DNA of 64,000 nucleotides from the human T2T-CHM13v2.0 reference genome, Homo sapiens, in the NCBI RefSeq assembly GCF_009914755.1, contig NC_060928.1; one strand, 5' to 3'. Made by a program: the position numbers and the translations under genes. Shown here piece after piece: positions 44,951 through 63,737 of the stretch. The number at the start of each line of letters is the position of its first letter. The first letter of the stretch is position 1. Below the pieces are notes generated by a model. That model was not told the DNA's origin and made no database searches. It was given only the letters and a program-made list of their open reading frames with translations.

Positions 44951-46382
44951 TGCAATGGTTATTTTAATATTGTATCTTGCCCCCCTTATATTTAGTTCAA
45001 AATCTGAGAACTCATCACTATGCTGTACTCTCTTATTGCCTCAAGACTTGTGCACTTTATAATTTTAGATACTCTTGTAAGCACTGGAAATCCTTTCTGA
45101 AATAAAGGTGGGTAGAAAGTAATCAATAAATACCAGCTATAATATGTTAACTTCACTTTTTCCATGGTCAATAATAGATAATCTATACATAACTATTAAA
45201 TACATGGCTCAGATAAATGTACTTATAGCAATTTGAAATTTTGCATGGTTTTATATTGTGACTGTATATATGCCTGTATTGTGAAATTTAATAGCATACA
45301 TATATTTATCTTTATTTATAAATTGGTTATTTTATAACTTACTATTTTCTTCTGTGCTCTATCCTCCACTTCAGTGCTAGTTTTGTCTTTCTCAACCACA
45401 GATCTGATCTCGTTGGTTTTATGTACTCTACTCTTGCATGGCTTGCCTCAATAAAATCCAAATCTGTCAACATGTTTTTTGAAACTCTGTACTGTTGGGC
45501 CCCAAACATCTTTTCCAAGCTGTTATTCCCCCAGATTCCCAGGTGCATGATCCATGTTGACCCTGGATGACTTACCATGCTACAAACGCACAACTTGTAA
45601 AACATTTTGTACCAACATGCATGTTTGTTCCCTGTGGCATATTCTTGCACCTCCTCCTCTTTAATATCTTTAATTGCATCTCCTCAGCAAAGATTTGCCC
45701 TGTCACCCAAATTAATCATGCTGTCTATTCACAAAGCACTTGGTTAGTAACTTTTCAAAGGGACTAACCCTATTTTTCTTTGAGTGAGTTGTTATTTACA
45801 AACAGGCTGGATTAGCTGATCTGTTGTAAACATCTTTAAAGCAAGGATCACATCTTCCTCTCTGATTTTTCTACATTCTAGCATCATGTATTTCCTATCA
45901 AAGTTGCCGAGTGAATATCTTTTCTTGAATGAATTGTAGAAAAAGCCTTGTTTTGGCTTGAAAAAGTCTATGAGTTGTTGTAGTTTATCTTGAATATTTC
46001 TACATTAAATTCACCAGCATAGAAAATAATACTCTCAAATGTGCAATATTGTTAGATAACAAGGTACACTGGAACTGCAATATTGTTTGAAATATTTAAA
46101 TCACATCATTCCAAATTGAATTCAACATCAAGTGGTCTTTTTTTTTTTCCTGCTACATAGGTAATACAGGATAGTTTTGATGACTGAAAAATAGGCTATG
46201 TTTCCAGACTAGATTAGAATGTGGGGAGAAGCTTAGAAAGAGAAGGCTGAAAAGAGAAAGAGAACAATGGAAGAGAAGTAGAGAACTAAATGCATCAAAT
46301 TAATTGAACGAAGTCTGAACTAATTAGTAAAGAGCCATCAGAAGGAAAGAGGTGTTGAGAAACAGAAAGTCAAAAAATCCAG

Positions 46383-46696
<314 letters not shown>

Positions 46697-47530
46697 TTAT
46701 TGGAATTAGGTATGGGAACAGGCAATTTGGTTTTCAGTGTTGTTTGGGAATATTTAAGTCTTAATTTATACAAGTTAGCCTCACATTTAAAAGTAAGAAG
46801 ATCTCTATTGAGATAATGGATCATTACTGGAGTGCAATTGGTAAATGACTTCACTTTTCATAAGTGTTTTGATGTGAATTTATGAATATTCTCTAGCTGC
46901 TCACTGGGTTTGTGAAGTTAGTTTGAATGAGACATGATTGCACCCTAGGCAAGTCAGAATGTACTTGCTTTGATTTCACTGTGATTACTTTTACTATAAA
47001 AGATTCCCATTAAATACAAGTAAGTTCCCACTTAACTTTCCTGTAATTCCACCCTTGCTGCAAGCAGCTGACAGGCAAATTTGATCAGATGTAATACATC
47101 CAATCAGATAAAGAAGGGGTTTCAGCAAAACACTTGGCAGATTTGAAGAGCTGAATAGAAAAGGTCATGAGCTGTCTGAAAACTTTTAGACACAAGAGGA
47201 AGCAAATAGTAGAAAGCGTGAGAGCACTCTTAGGACAGGGATTGGCATTTCCCCCTTACGGTTTCTCACGTAATTTGTGAAGACATAAACACAAGGGTAA
47301 CTGTTAAATTCGTTGTAATTATCACATGTACAGAACAGCCCAGTTCACATAATGCTGCACTAAATTCAAAGTTAGTGTTATAAAAAAAGATGCCTCTAAA
47401 ACATATGAATTACCTAGGAGTTTTTAAAAAATGCAGATTCTGATTTTGTAAGTTTGAGATGGGTTGCAACAGTTTGTATTTCCAACATGCCTCTCATGCG
47501 GCAGCCATGCTGCAAGGGCATGTTTAAACT

Positions 47531-47619
47531 TCCCCATTTACACAGGCCATGAGCCCCGAAACACCCATCAGCAATCCTGGGATGGGTGTTTCGGGGCTCA
47601 TGGCCTGTGTAAATGGGGA
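47531..47619 (-). ncRNA. MIR5705: pre-miR-5705 hairpin
   Basis: Perfect 40-bp stem with 11-nt loop; contains TGTTTCGGGGCTCATGGCCTGTG (recalled mature miR-5705) on both strands (+47587-47609, -47541-47563); strand assignment from recall. Confidence 0.85.
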
Positions 47620-49405
47620 ACTTTAATGTTAGATGTTCATTCCATCTTTGGAAACATTATTATATAGATCATATAAGATTTAGATTAGAAACTAACCAAG
47701 CATTTTCTCTTCAACCATACATTTACTCTGCTACTCCTTTAAGCTTTGCATACAGTTGAAGATTGGCTGTACCTATACCACCCTCAGATCTGAGCAAGTG
47801 AGGGCCTTACCCCAGTCCTGTGCCTCATAGAGCCTTATTCTTTGGAGTGCCCTCTATGAAATTTTCCAAGTCCTCTTCGGATGCCTGCTCTGTTTTTTCT
47901 CTCTGGGGTACTCTCCCTTTCTCTCCCTGTGTATAAGGTTGACCAGATGTCCTGGGGAGCTCTGCAACTTGTAACTATAGGATCATCCTGGGGTCTTGTT
48001 TCCAGGCTTTCGTTTCAGGAGGGTGGCCTGGAGAGCAGACTGCTACTTCTGGTTGGCAAAGAATTTCTTTTGCAGGATTACATGAAATTTGGCTGCCAGA
48101 ATGATGCTGACATGCTGATTTTGGATAATTCTCACTCACATTGGGCATAGATCTAATTTAGGGTTGTAAGCTATCTAAGGTCCACTGCCCAAGCCGCATG
48201 TGTTGACCCATGCATCCACTCGCAGTTTGTTCTGAGTATGATGCCACTTCTGCTATATAACATCCAAGGGCTGCAGGGTGACATCAGATGTCCTTACCCC
48301 GCTTGCCAATGGCATTCAGGAAAATCATCCTATCCCCTCTGCAGGTTCTATGCCATGGGTCAGGCAGTCCTTTTGGCTGGGGGTTGGGGGGTGGCTGCAC
48401 TTATCTCTTCTGAGGGCTTTTAAGACTATTGCTTCTTCACAACAGTGGGCCTTTCTGACTGATGTGATGATGCTGTGTTCTCTTCTCCCTGGTCAATGTT
48501 AAGCTCTCCTAGAGGAGGGACAGACATTCCTTGTGCAAATGGGGCTGTTCATTTTGTTCTGTCCACAATCCCCTCTCTGCTGCTGGTGGTGTGTGGGAGG
48601 TAGGGTACGGTCAGGAGTGGCAGAGATCAATTCTAGAAATGTAATGATGATGGCCTAAAAAGTTCAAGACAAGACACAGTTGAAAGATGTGTTGTTCTAT
48701 GTGATGCTATAACATTCTAAATGATAAATTTAAAATGAGCAATAAACAACGAATCATTCATGTTTTCTCGTATATATACCCTGGGTAAGACTTGAATTTG
48801 TGATTATCATCAAACATTGTACCAGTAACAATTGTACTATATTGAACTGTGTTGTACCAGTAACAATCTTTGAGTGATTGTCTCTGAGTGATACCCAGTA
48901 TTCATGGGTAGCACAATGGATGATGCAATGTCAAAAGGCATAATGTAGCTAAGATTAAATAAATGGTAGCAGGGTATTGGAAAGGGGTGAAGATTCATAT
49001 TATTTTATTACAAACATATTACAAAGAGCCATGGCATTATGAATAATAACAGCATTGCTACCCTTTCTTGTGGTAAAAGATATGAAATTAGCTAGGAATG
49101 GCTCATTTGATAAAAAAGAAATGATTCCTGGACCAAAGAGATAGTACCAGGATGCCGAGAAGAATCTTTACATGTACTGCTCGGACAATAAATACACAAA
49201 TCTTCCTATTATTCTAAATCTTTATCAAAAAATCACTATACTGCATGCACATGGACCTATAAATTTTATAAAGCATTTTTAATAAAAGTGTTTATATAGA
49301 TAGAAGCCCTGCAAAAAAATATTTGTCTGGTGATCTGCACATCCTAGCAGTAGCCCTTGGAACTGGGATTTTGGTGAAAGAGAGGGCTCTTAGAGAGAAT
49401 TATAG

Positions 49406-49743
<338 letters not shown>

Positions 49744-50845
49744 GCAGGTGGAACTTTTAAGGAGGAGGACTACACTCAAAATAAGCAAGAAAAATGGACA
49801 AAGAGAGATGAATATTTTGCTCGCACATTTCTCTGAGCTTCATTCATAAAAGATTAAAACCAAAATGGAATTAAAATAAGAAGTTTTCTGCTCTGAACTT
49901 AACACTGGAATTTAAGAGGTTTCTATTTTTGTCAATATGTATATCATAAAATATTTTTTAGTTGCCTGTGTATGGTAATAGTTCGTCCGCAAAATGTTCT
50001 TTCTCAGCGTGCTCTTCCCTGACTCTACTACTTTAAATGCTCTCTCTCATATTTGCAGTCCCTTTATTGTTTGTCCCACCTACTAGAATGTGAGCTCTGT
50101 TAAGACAAGGAGTTTGCCTTATTCATATATGTTTCCCTGGGCCTAGAACTTTGAGGGCACTCAGTATTTGTTAAATTAATATTTAAATAGATGAACTAAG
50201 AAATACTGGAAACATCCTAAGTGCCTATCAAAAGGGAATGGTTAGAGTACCATTTTAGTACTGTGTACTCATGAAAAAAAGTTGAATTCTCTATACTGAA
50301 ACAAACAGCTGTTTGTGATAAGTTGGTAAGCTAAAAGAGCAAGTTACAGAACATAATGTATGGTATGAAACTACTGATACGACCCATGCAATAAGAATAT
50401 AATGTATTTGTCATGAACATGCATCAGTAAAAGACTGGAAGATTGTGCATTGACAGTGTGACCTCTGGGAAATGGGATTGCTGGGGGTAAGCTTCTATTT
50501 TTTACTTTCCATGTTTCTCTTTTGAATTTTTGTAACCATACTTTAAAAATAATACATTTTACTCATAAATTTCTTGATTATAAGGCAAGAAATTAAAAGA
50601 ATGTTATGAAAAAAATTATTGCCGGTGACTAAGAAAAAAAATTAGAAACAATAGCACTGTGCTTAATCTCACACATAGAAAGGGGTCAGTAAGTTCCAGT
50701 TGATAAACCAGCACTCCTGCTGTCAAAGAAACCAGAGTTGAGAAAACCCCTGGATTCATTTAATAACTGCCAGATGTAGCTGTTACCATCCACATCCTTG
50801 GTTCTTGAAGGACACTCATAGAGACAGAGTTTAGAAGTCAAACGT

Positions 50846-50851
50846 TTTATT
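50846..50851 (-). terminator. Distal polyadenylation signal AATAAA of HSD17B13
   Basis: tttatt on the + strand, about 1.4 kb downstream of the stop codon. Confidence 0.7.
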
Positions 50852-51063
50852 TTATAACTACAAGAGGTTATTTTTTTAAAGCACAATGACATATTTATTT
50901 TTAGTGAATTGTTTTTGTGACTTTTAAAAAAATCATTTGTTTTTAATAAAAACAAGAGGATAGTCCATGCAAAAGCATTCTATAATACATGTGAAAAACA
51001 CACAAAACAAGATTAGTCTTGATGTAGTGGGAGTCGGATTATTTTTTCTATTAAAAAAAAAAA

Positions 51064-51461
<398 letters not shown>

Positions 51462-52253
51462 TTAGCTTTAATTTTTGAGCCTAAAATTGTCTAAACATCT
51501 CTGGGACCAAGGATATATGAAAGCATAAATTACAAAGAAAAAGGTTATCATGGGGCTAGAACTTAAAATTCTGAGATTTAAAATAGAGTCGGTCACCTTT
51601 CATAATGTATCTTATAAGACTATAAAAAGGGAGGAAATATAGAGGGTCCACTTTTGGTGGACTTCAGAGTTATACAGAAGACAGAATCAAGTAATAAAGT
51701 CCAGAATAGAGTTGCACCGTTTTGGGCTAATGAAAAAGGAAGAGGCTAGGGAAATCTTTCAAATGCTGAATCTTAAAATATGTCCAGGTTGAGATAAAGC
51801 TGCCTGCTGAAACTTGATCTCTTAGCTGTGCACTCATTCTGTGTTCTTGTTGATATTCTGTGGCATGGCTACAGATTGGAATGCTACTTGAACAGTCTTA
51901 AACCTTCCCTGTGTAAATAAGTTCTCTTTGTATTTACTTTTAGGGAGGTAGCTTTTGTCCACCTTTAAATGGAAAAATAAAATATCTTAAAGAAAACCTT
52001 TTAAGTATGTTTATGTAAGCACAGAAGTTTTTAAGAGGCATGAAAGGAAAAACAGACCTATGAAAAACTACGTAAATATTCTTGAGAAACAGGAAGACAG
52101 GTAATTAATCTTGTTCGTTTGACTGCTGCTAGTGCCAAACCAATGTTTTTAATATTATCAGGACTGAAAAAATGTGAAATAAAGCTTTGCAGCATTGATT
52201 CGAAACTATTCATATCATTATCATGCATACATCTCTGGCTGGAGCTTATTTAT

Positions 52254-52344
52254 TCATTTCATTTTGATTTTGTGGCCAACCACTGCTTCAAATTGAATAT
52301 TCTGCATACGATTTAAAATCGCTGAGGCGCGTTCAGGAAGAAAC
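52254..52344 (-). CDS. HSD17B13: HSD17B13 exon 7 coding part (91 nt incl. TGA)
   Basis: (K)FLPERASAILNRMQNIQFEAVVGHKIKMK*; poly-pyrimidine tract plus tacag acceptor; stop at 52254-52256. Confidence 0.97.
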
Positions 52345-52680
52345 CTGTACAAAAAAGAAAAAAAAATTGAAAAATTTTCCATTTAAAATCTTTGACAACA
52401 GAGTTCTGTTTTTGGTCATTTAGAATACGCTGAGAGTTATCTGGTTTGCGTTTAACTTTCCTCCGTTCTTTTCTTCTCTTGCAACCACCTCTCTTTTACG
52501 TGTGCATCTTTCTTTTTCTTTTTTTTTTTTGACATAACTTCATAGTGGACTTCATTAGGAAAAGTGTAAAAACATTCAAATTCATAAAATTGAAATGAGA
52601 CAGTAAAATTATGCCTTGTGGCTATAGTAATTGCTATAGTAATCACAAGTAAGGTAAAGTCTAAATTATTGCCTGAACAC

Positions 52681-57235
<4,555 letters not shown>

Positions 57236-57280
57236 GCTCTATTGGTGTTTTAGTATTTGGGTGTTCTGTGCTGTACTTAC

Positions 57281-57397
57281 TTCTGTAGTCTCAGAAAGAT
57301 ATTGATATACGATGGAACAAAAATCATTTTCTTATTGGTAAGTATTCCATCTATCAGACTTCTTACGACTTCATCTGTCTCCAATACAGGCCATAAT
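57281..57397 (-). CDS. HSD17B13: HSD17B13 exon 6 (117 nt)
   Basis: (R)LWPVLETDEVVRSLIDGILTNKKMIFVPSYINIFLRLQ(K); cacag acceptor, GTAAGT donor at 57275-57280; Pro260 codon CCA at 57313-57315. Confidence 0.97.
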
Positions 57398-57844
57398 CTG
57401 TGATTAAAAAGAGGAAAATATTATTTTTATTTTCTAAAATTTTAATTTTATAAGTAAATGATGGCAGGAAAATTATCCTATATTTTTACTAAATTTAGAA
57501 TGAAGATTTAAAATATTCCAGGATTTGCTGCATTAATGCCACCCTACCCACTTCCTCCACATCCCATGTTGATGTTTTGTTATCAGAAACTTATACTTTC
57601 ATATCCAGTAGGTGTGTTTCATAGCTCACTTAGTCAAAATATCAAAATGGTGGCGAGGCATTAGATGGTAAGGAGTAGTGGAGCCAGACAAGAAAGAGGA
57701 ATGGCTAGGATTAATCATGGGACAGGAAGGAAACATCTGACATCTCAAAGCCTGTTGGATGCAAGGAGAAAATTCTATAGCTAAGTATACTTTCTTTCTT
57801 GTGGAGGTATTCCATAAAGCTGGATTGTTTTGAGGTCGTCATTT

Positions 57845-58477
57845 TGTCAGAGGCGTTTAAATCAGAGCAACTCCATCTTGAATAGGGTCTGGGTAAAATA
57901 AGGCTGACACCTACTGGGCTGCATTCCCAGGAAGTTAAGGCATTCTTTGTCACAGGATGAGATAGGAGGTTGGCACAAGATTCAGGTCATAAAGACCTTG
58001 TTGATAAAATAGGGTGCAGTAAAGAAGCCGGCCAAAACCCACCAAAACCAAGATGGTGATGAAAGTGACCTCTGGTTGTCCTCACTGCTCATTATAAGCT
58101 AACTATAATACATTAGCAAGCTAAGAGACACTTCCACCAGCACTATGACAGTTTACAAATACCATGGCAATGGCAGGAAGTTACCCTATATGGCCTAAAA
58201 AGGGGAGGAAATCTCAGTTCTGGGAATTGCTCACCCTTTTCCCGGAAAACTCATGAATAATCCACCCCTTGTTTAGCATATAATCAAGAAGTAACTCTAA
58301 ATACCCTTGGTGGAGCAGCTCAAGCCATTCTTCTCCATGGAGTAGCTGTTCTCTACTCCTTTACTTTCCTAATAAACTTGCTTTTGCTTTGCACTGTGGC
58401 CTTGCCCCGAATTATTTCTTGCGAGAAATCTAAGAACCCTCTCTTGGGGTCTGGATTGGAACCCCTTTCCGGTAAGA
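57845..58477 (+). mobile_element. MER41B-like ERV1 solo LTR in HSD17B13 intron 5
   Basis: Starts TGTCAGAGGCGTTT..AGAGCAACTCCATCTTGAATAGG, 633 bp, 4-bp TSD ATTT (57841-57844 / 58478-58481). Confidence 0.88.
58218..58247. promoter_or_regulatory. Tandem GAS (STAT) motifs TTCTGGGAA and TTCCCGGAA
   Basis: Two TTCN3GAA sites at 58218-58226 and 58239-58247 in the canonical MER41B position; activity untested. Confidence 0.6.
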
Positions 58478-59534
58478 ATTTCGTATTTGAGATTCACCTC
58501 TGACTTGCCTATCCTGCAGTTTAATGAGAATTTAAGAGGGGCCCAAGGAGTATGACAACTGGAGGTATGTCATACTTCCAGTTTTCCTTATACTGAAGGC
58601 TGTGTACATGTACTCTTGAGAAATATTCATAAACATAGGCTTAGTGTAGAATTGTCTGTTAGTGCAAGATGATGACAGAAAAATGGATTTAAAATGTTGT
58701 ATTCAAATTAAGATGTCCAGGCATGGACTGAACAGCCAGTGAATGTAAAGGCTGGGTGAGGAGTTAGGGAGCCAGCGAATGTTAAAACTTCATTCCCTGG
58801 GATGATCTGTGGTTTGCTGCAGATTATTATGTGATTGAGTTCTCCACTGCCTTGAATAGCAAGCCAACAGAGAGTAATACAAATCAATACATTTCTAAAT
58901 TACTCCGTTCTGCCCTTTCTCTCCCTGATTTCATCTACATGGATCCAACAACCCAGCCTCGGAGCCAAGTGTGACATTACATATCAATGCCTTAGCCCTT
59001 ACTAAGGAAATTCACAATCTAGCAACCTCTATAAAATCAATCCCAAATATTTAGCATTGCCTGTGTCTACCTCTAAGTTAGCCCCCAGGAACCCTGTACC
59101 CAGAGTTCCATTATCCTTACTCCCCTCATCTATCATGCCTTCCCCAAGAGTGGCAGGATACCCTTAGGAAAGCTCATGGTACACGAAGCCTGAATGCCTA
59201 CCAAGAGGGTTTTTATTGGGCCCAATTCCTTGTCTAAGAAAACAATCAGGAGTTGCAATAGTACTATAGTATTTACTTACATATTGCATACTTATTAAGT
59301 ACTGTGAGACAACGTAGCAAATGTAAGAAGCCACGTTTACTCACTTCTGGTTGTCAGCATAATTTCACAAAGTCCCTGACTCTGTGACAATGTGCAGCTC
59401 TCTGGAAAGATGCTTTGAAGACAATACAGGATAGAGCACATGGCCCCCACTATCAGAACAGTTCAACTGAACCTCTCTAAAGGGCTGCTCTCAGGCTATA
59501 GGCCTCCGACTGTAGTCTTCAGTAAGGCTTCTAA

Positions 59535-59790
<256 letters not shown>

Positions 59791-59815
59791 TAATTCTTTA
59801 AAAACTTATTTTTTT

Positions 59816-60123
59816 GGCCGGGCATGGTGGCTCACTCCTGTAATCCCAGCATTTTAGGAGGCCAAGGCAGGTAGGACACCTGAGGTCAGGAGTTTGAGAC
59901 CAGCCTGGCCAACATGGTGAAACCCCGTCTCTACTAAAAATACAAAAATTAGCCAGGCGTGGTGGTGGGCGCCTGTAATCCAAATACTCAGGAGGCTGAG
60001 GAAGGAGAATTGCTTGAACCCAGAAAGGCGGAGGTTGCGGTGAGCTGAGATTGCGCCACTGTACTCCAGCCTGGGTGACAGAGTGAGACTCTGTCTCAAA
60101 AAAAACAAAAATAAAAACAAAAA
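59816..60123 (+). mobile_element. AluS
   Basis: Alu consensus. Confidence 0.9.
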
Positions 60124-60860
60124 CTTTTTTTTTTCTTTAGTCAACAGTACCTATGGTCTAACACCATGAAGGACTCCAGTGGCAGGGAGTGATTCCAGCT
60201 GCAGAGACCACATAGCTAACTCAGGCTGTAAGAGTCAGTATCCTCAAATGAGGCGGCACTCAACAGAGAATTGTTTAGTTCTTTTGAATGAATATATTTA
60301 GGATTAATTCCCTTCCAGTAAAAAATTGGTTTCGAATCATTAAGCTTAGTATATTTTGTTAACCTGCAGCAGAATATATACTAGGATTAGAAAAATTTGT
60401 TAAGCAGATGGCTTAATTTTCGGGTTCTTATCCACACCTTCCTGCTTTTTTCTTCTCCTTTCAGGACTAATTTTTCTTCTCTTGTGGTCTCAAATCCTGT
60501 CTCACCAGAGACAAGAGTTCTTGCAGAAATTCACCTTGACTAAGGAGCTAGATACTCAATTTATTTGCTGGTCCTTGGAACATTTGCATTTTAAAGACAG
60601 GGTGGTAACGGTGATCAAATGTATGTGCTTTCTCCCGGACACAAATAAATATCCCAGTTCATCGGTGGCTGATCATTCCTGCTAGTCCCTAATGTGTTTT
60701 CCCCCTTTATTCCTTTAATTTCAAGATAATAATAATAATAAGAAAAATTATTTTTCCTTCTTCATTTTCTTCTATTAGTTGGCCTGCCTAAACATTTCTC
60801 ATTAGTTTTCATATCAATTTATCATACCACATACCCATTCTAACTTGATTTTGACCTTAC

Positions 60861-60998
60861 CTTGTGCTTGGATTTTTGGTGAACCCAGTATTCACAAAAA
60901 CTGGGCAGAGACATGAGGTTTTGATACCAGTTTTTCCCAAGGCCTGAAGTTCTGATGTCAGACCTCTGTGAAAGCCAACAGCGGCAAATTTGCTGGAA
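60861..60998 (-). CDS. HSD17B13: HSD17B13 exon 5 (138 nt)
   Basis: (C)SSKFAAVGFHRGLTSELQALGKTGIKTSCLCPVFVNTGFTKNPST(R); ttacag acceptor, GTAAGG donor; phase matches exon 4 and completes the YCSSK motif. Confidence 0.97.
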
Positions 60999-61660
60999 CT
61001 GTAAGAGAATTATTAAGCATTGTTAGCTAAGGGAGAGTGAAACCAATCCTCAGCTTTCTGTGAGAAGGCGGTATCATTTGGCTTAAGAACAAGTGGAAGC
61101 CAAAAATCAGCCACTTGTGATTTTTCTGAGAGTATAAATGGCAATTCATTTTCATTTTCTTACATGATTAAGCAGAATTGTGAACGTATCTCATTTCTTA
61201 AACAACAATGATAACAAAAGAACAAAAATAACTCTATTGATTGGCTTAATGTTCAGTTTTCCATCCTACATGTAAGGTTTTTCCATTGAATCTTCAAACT
61301 GTTTTCTAATCAGTTTTTATTGCTGCTTTTATTTTGAAAAATATGAATCAGGAAAAATACATTTAGAAATTCTACAAAACTGGTATCTGTGTTGACAGAC
61401 TTCTGTAGGACTCTGCTCATTTCTCCTCTCTCTCTCAATAACTGAGTTATTCTCTTGACAATGGTTGATAGTTTTTCTCTTGACAATGGTTGCCACTTTG
61501 GCCTCTTAATTTTATTATGAGGATCTGGAGAAGAGTTTACAGGAAAGGATATTTGGCAAATACAGCAGTACATCCTTAACGCCTCTCACCTCCTTCCCTT
61601 TATGTCTTTGGTGGTGCATGGAGTGTGGTATCTGCAACTTTTAGTCAGGTAGAGTCGTTT

Positions 61661-61710
<50 letters not shown>
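61661..61710. repeat. Compound microsatellite (TC)10(AC)15 in intron 4
   Basis: Directly visible. Confidence 0.95.
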
Positions 61711-61712
<2 letters not shown>

Positions 61713-62061
61713 TCATGGCACAAGCACACTGTAAAATGTTTTGATCCAGGGACCACTCTGATTGTCTTATCTTGGGCACCAAGGCCATGACATAGACATG
61801 TGTTCATTTTAGCTTCTGTAGGTTTTGCTTCTCAGTCTGTGGGGTTTCTGTTTCTTATTCCAGGAAACAATGGAAACATGCTTGGCATTACTGTTTTCTC
61901 TCATTGTTCTACAGAGGAGTTTGCAGAAATCTAAAAATATCTTAAATATAATTACAACCTGGTTTCATTGTTTTAGAAAAAGTCATTTAAAAAATCATTC
62001 TAAACTACTATAAATTTAAATTCTGTAAATCCAAATCACTCTGCTCTCAGCATTGTAATCT

Positions 62062-62467
62062 TGAGGCAGGAGAACAGGGTCTGGAGGCAGGGAACATAAG
62101 GCCGATTCATGCTGACTTCCTAGAACTAAATCAAATGGAAACACTCCAGCTATGACAGGAAATATCCTCTCCATTTACATATGGTGTACACTGAGTAAAC
62201 GACTCTGTAACTTTAATTCATCCTCTTCATTTACATAGGGCGTACACCAAGTAACCAGTGGAAACCTCTAGGGGGTATTTAAACCCCAGAAAATTCTGTA
62301 ATTGGCTCTTGAGCCCCTGTGCTTGGGCCCACTCCCACCCTGTAAAGCGTACTTTCATTTTCAATAAATCTCTGCTTTTGTTGCTTCATTCTTTCCTGGC
62401 TTTGTTGGTGAGTTTTGTCCAATTCTTTGTTCAAGATGCCAAGAACCAGGACTCTCCAGTGGTAACA
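62062..62467 (+). mobile_element. MER51-like ERV1 solo LTR in HSD17B13 intron 4
   Basis: tgaggcaggagaacagggtctggaggcagggaac...ccagtggtaaca; near-TSD ATCT/ATTT. Confidence 0.7.
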
Positions 62468-62532
62468 ATTTGAAGTGTAATGCTCCCTTCAAAGTATAAA
62501 AATATATAACATGGCTGGCATGTGATACTTAC

Positions 62533-62639
62533 CAATATGGGATGAGGTAAGGAATCCCTTCGTGGCCGCACACTGAAGCCACTGTGACGATGTGGCCATG
62601 ATTTCTCTCCATCATCGATGGAAGAAGTGCTTTTGTGAT
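62533..62639 (-). CDS. HSD17B13: HSD17B13 exon 4 (107 nt, aa 151-186)
   Basis: Minus strand reads ITKALLPSMMERNHGHIVTVASVCGHEGIPYLIPY(C); AG acceptor at 62640-62641 and GTAAGT donor at 62527-62532; contains SDR catalytic Ser and Tyr. Confidence 0.97.
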
Positions 62640-63665
62640 CTTAAGGATCATTGCAGAAAGAAGAAAGACAATGACATAGACGTTAGGTTTCCAAATCAGG
62701 TAGTTTTATTTTTGTTAAGACAGAAAGGCATTTGAGAGAACTTATACAATGAAATAAAATACTTCCAAGCATTCCATGATTAATTCTTTACAAATGATAG
62801 AAATAAAGATACAAATTTATTGGTATGGTAAGCCCCATGCCAACACTAATCTCAGTACTCCCCCTCCTTCCCTTCAGAAGGAATCAAATAGATCCTTTTT
62901 TGGATATGTCATCTAAACAATATTAAGGGAAAAATTCAGAGTTTTCAGAACTAAAATTATTCCTTATGATAATTTGGTGTCATATAATTTTTTGGTTTGG
63001 GGCTTTATCATTCTAATTAAAAGAGTGAAATCTTGTGTAACTGTATTAAGACAGTTGAGTAGTGTAAGCTGAGAGTTCTACACCACACTAATGAATCATG
63101 ATTGAATTCACTATCTCCCTATTTGTAATATTGTATATTATATGTTGATGTTACAGAAAACAAGTCTTTCTTTTTTTCCAAAAACCTCTTTTGTGAGAAA
63201 CATCAATAAAATTTTATAAGAATTTAATAAATCCTATGCAAATTCATAGAACTAGAACTCCCAACCCAAGCTACCTCCAAATTCCCAACCCATAGAAACT
63301 GTGAGAGGATAGTGAACATACATTGTTGCTTTAAACCACTAAGTTTTGTATAATTTGTTATGCAGCTATAGGTAGCTAATGTATGAGGTCTCCGTGTAGT
63401 TTGGTGGGCATGGGAGCCAATTCACATATGTGAAGAGCTGGTAAAGGTAAGGGGGACACATCTCTTTTTTTTCTTCTTTCTTCTAGAATCCAGATCTGCC
63501 CTAGATTCTACACTAATATTGAGGCACTGGAAGATTAATCATAAAAATTTCTATACAAAGGCAGTTGAAGTTGATATTTCCATCTCCCACAAAACTAACC
63601 AATTATATGAGGTCTGTATAGCTGCATTTCTCAGTTCCAGCACCCCATGGATCTAGAACACTTGC

Positions 63666-63737
63666 CTCAGAGTCTCGTCCAAAAGTGTCCTCGATCCTAT
63701 ATACATCCAAGTAATTACTTCTGATGTCCTTTCCATT
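63666..63737 (-). CDS. HSD17B13: HSD17B13 alternative in-frame cassette exon in intron 3 (exon 3', 72 nt, 24 aa)
   Basis: ttttag|AATGGA...TCTGAG|GCAAGT; open frame NGKDIRSNYLDVYRIEDTFGRDSE, phase 0/0 compatible with exon 4; matches my recall of the minor isoforms E/H. Confidence 0.8.

Noticed and set aside
61450-61492. 18-bp direct repeat TTCTCTTGACAATGGTTG with 7-nt spacer (similar pair at 48817-48867)
   Set aside because: Only two copies; local duplication, not CRISPR-like
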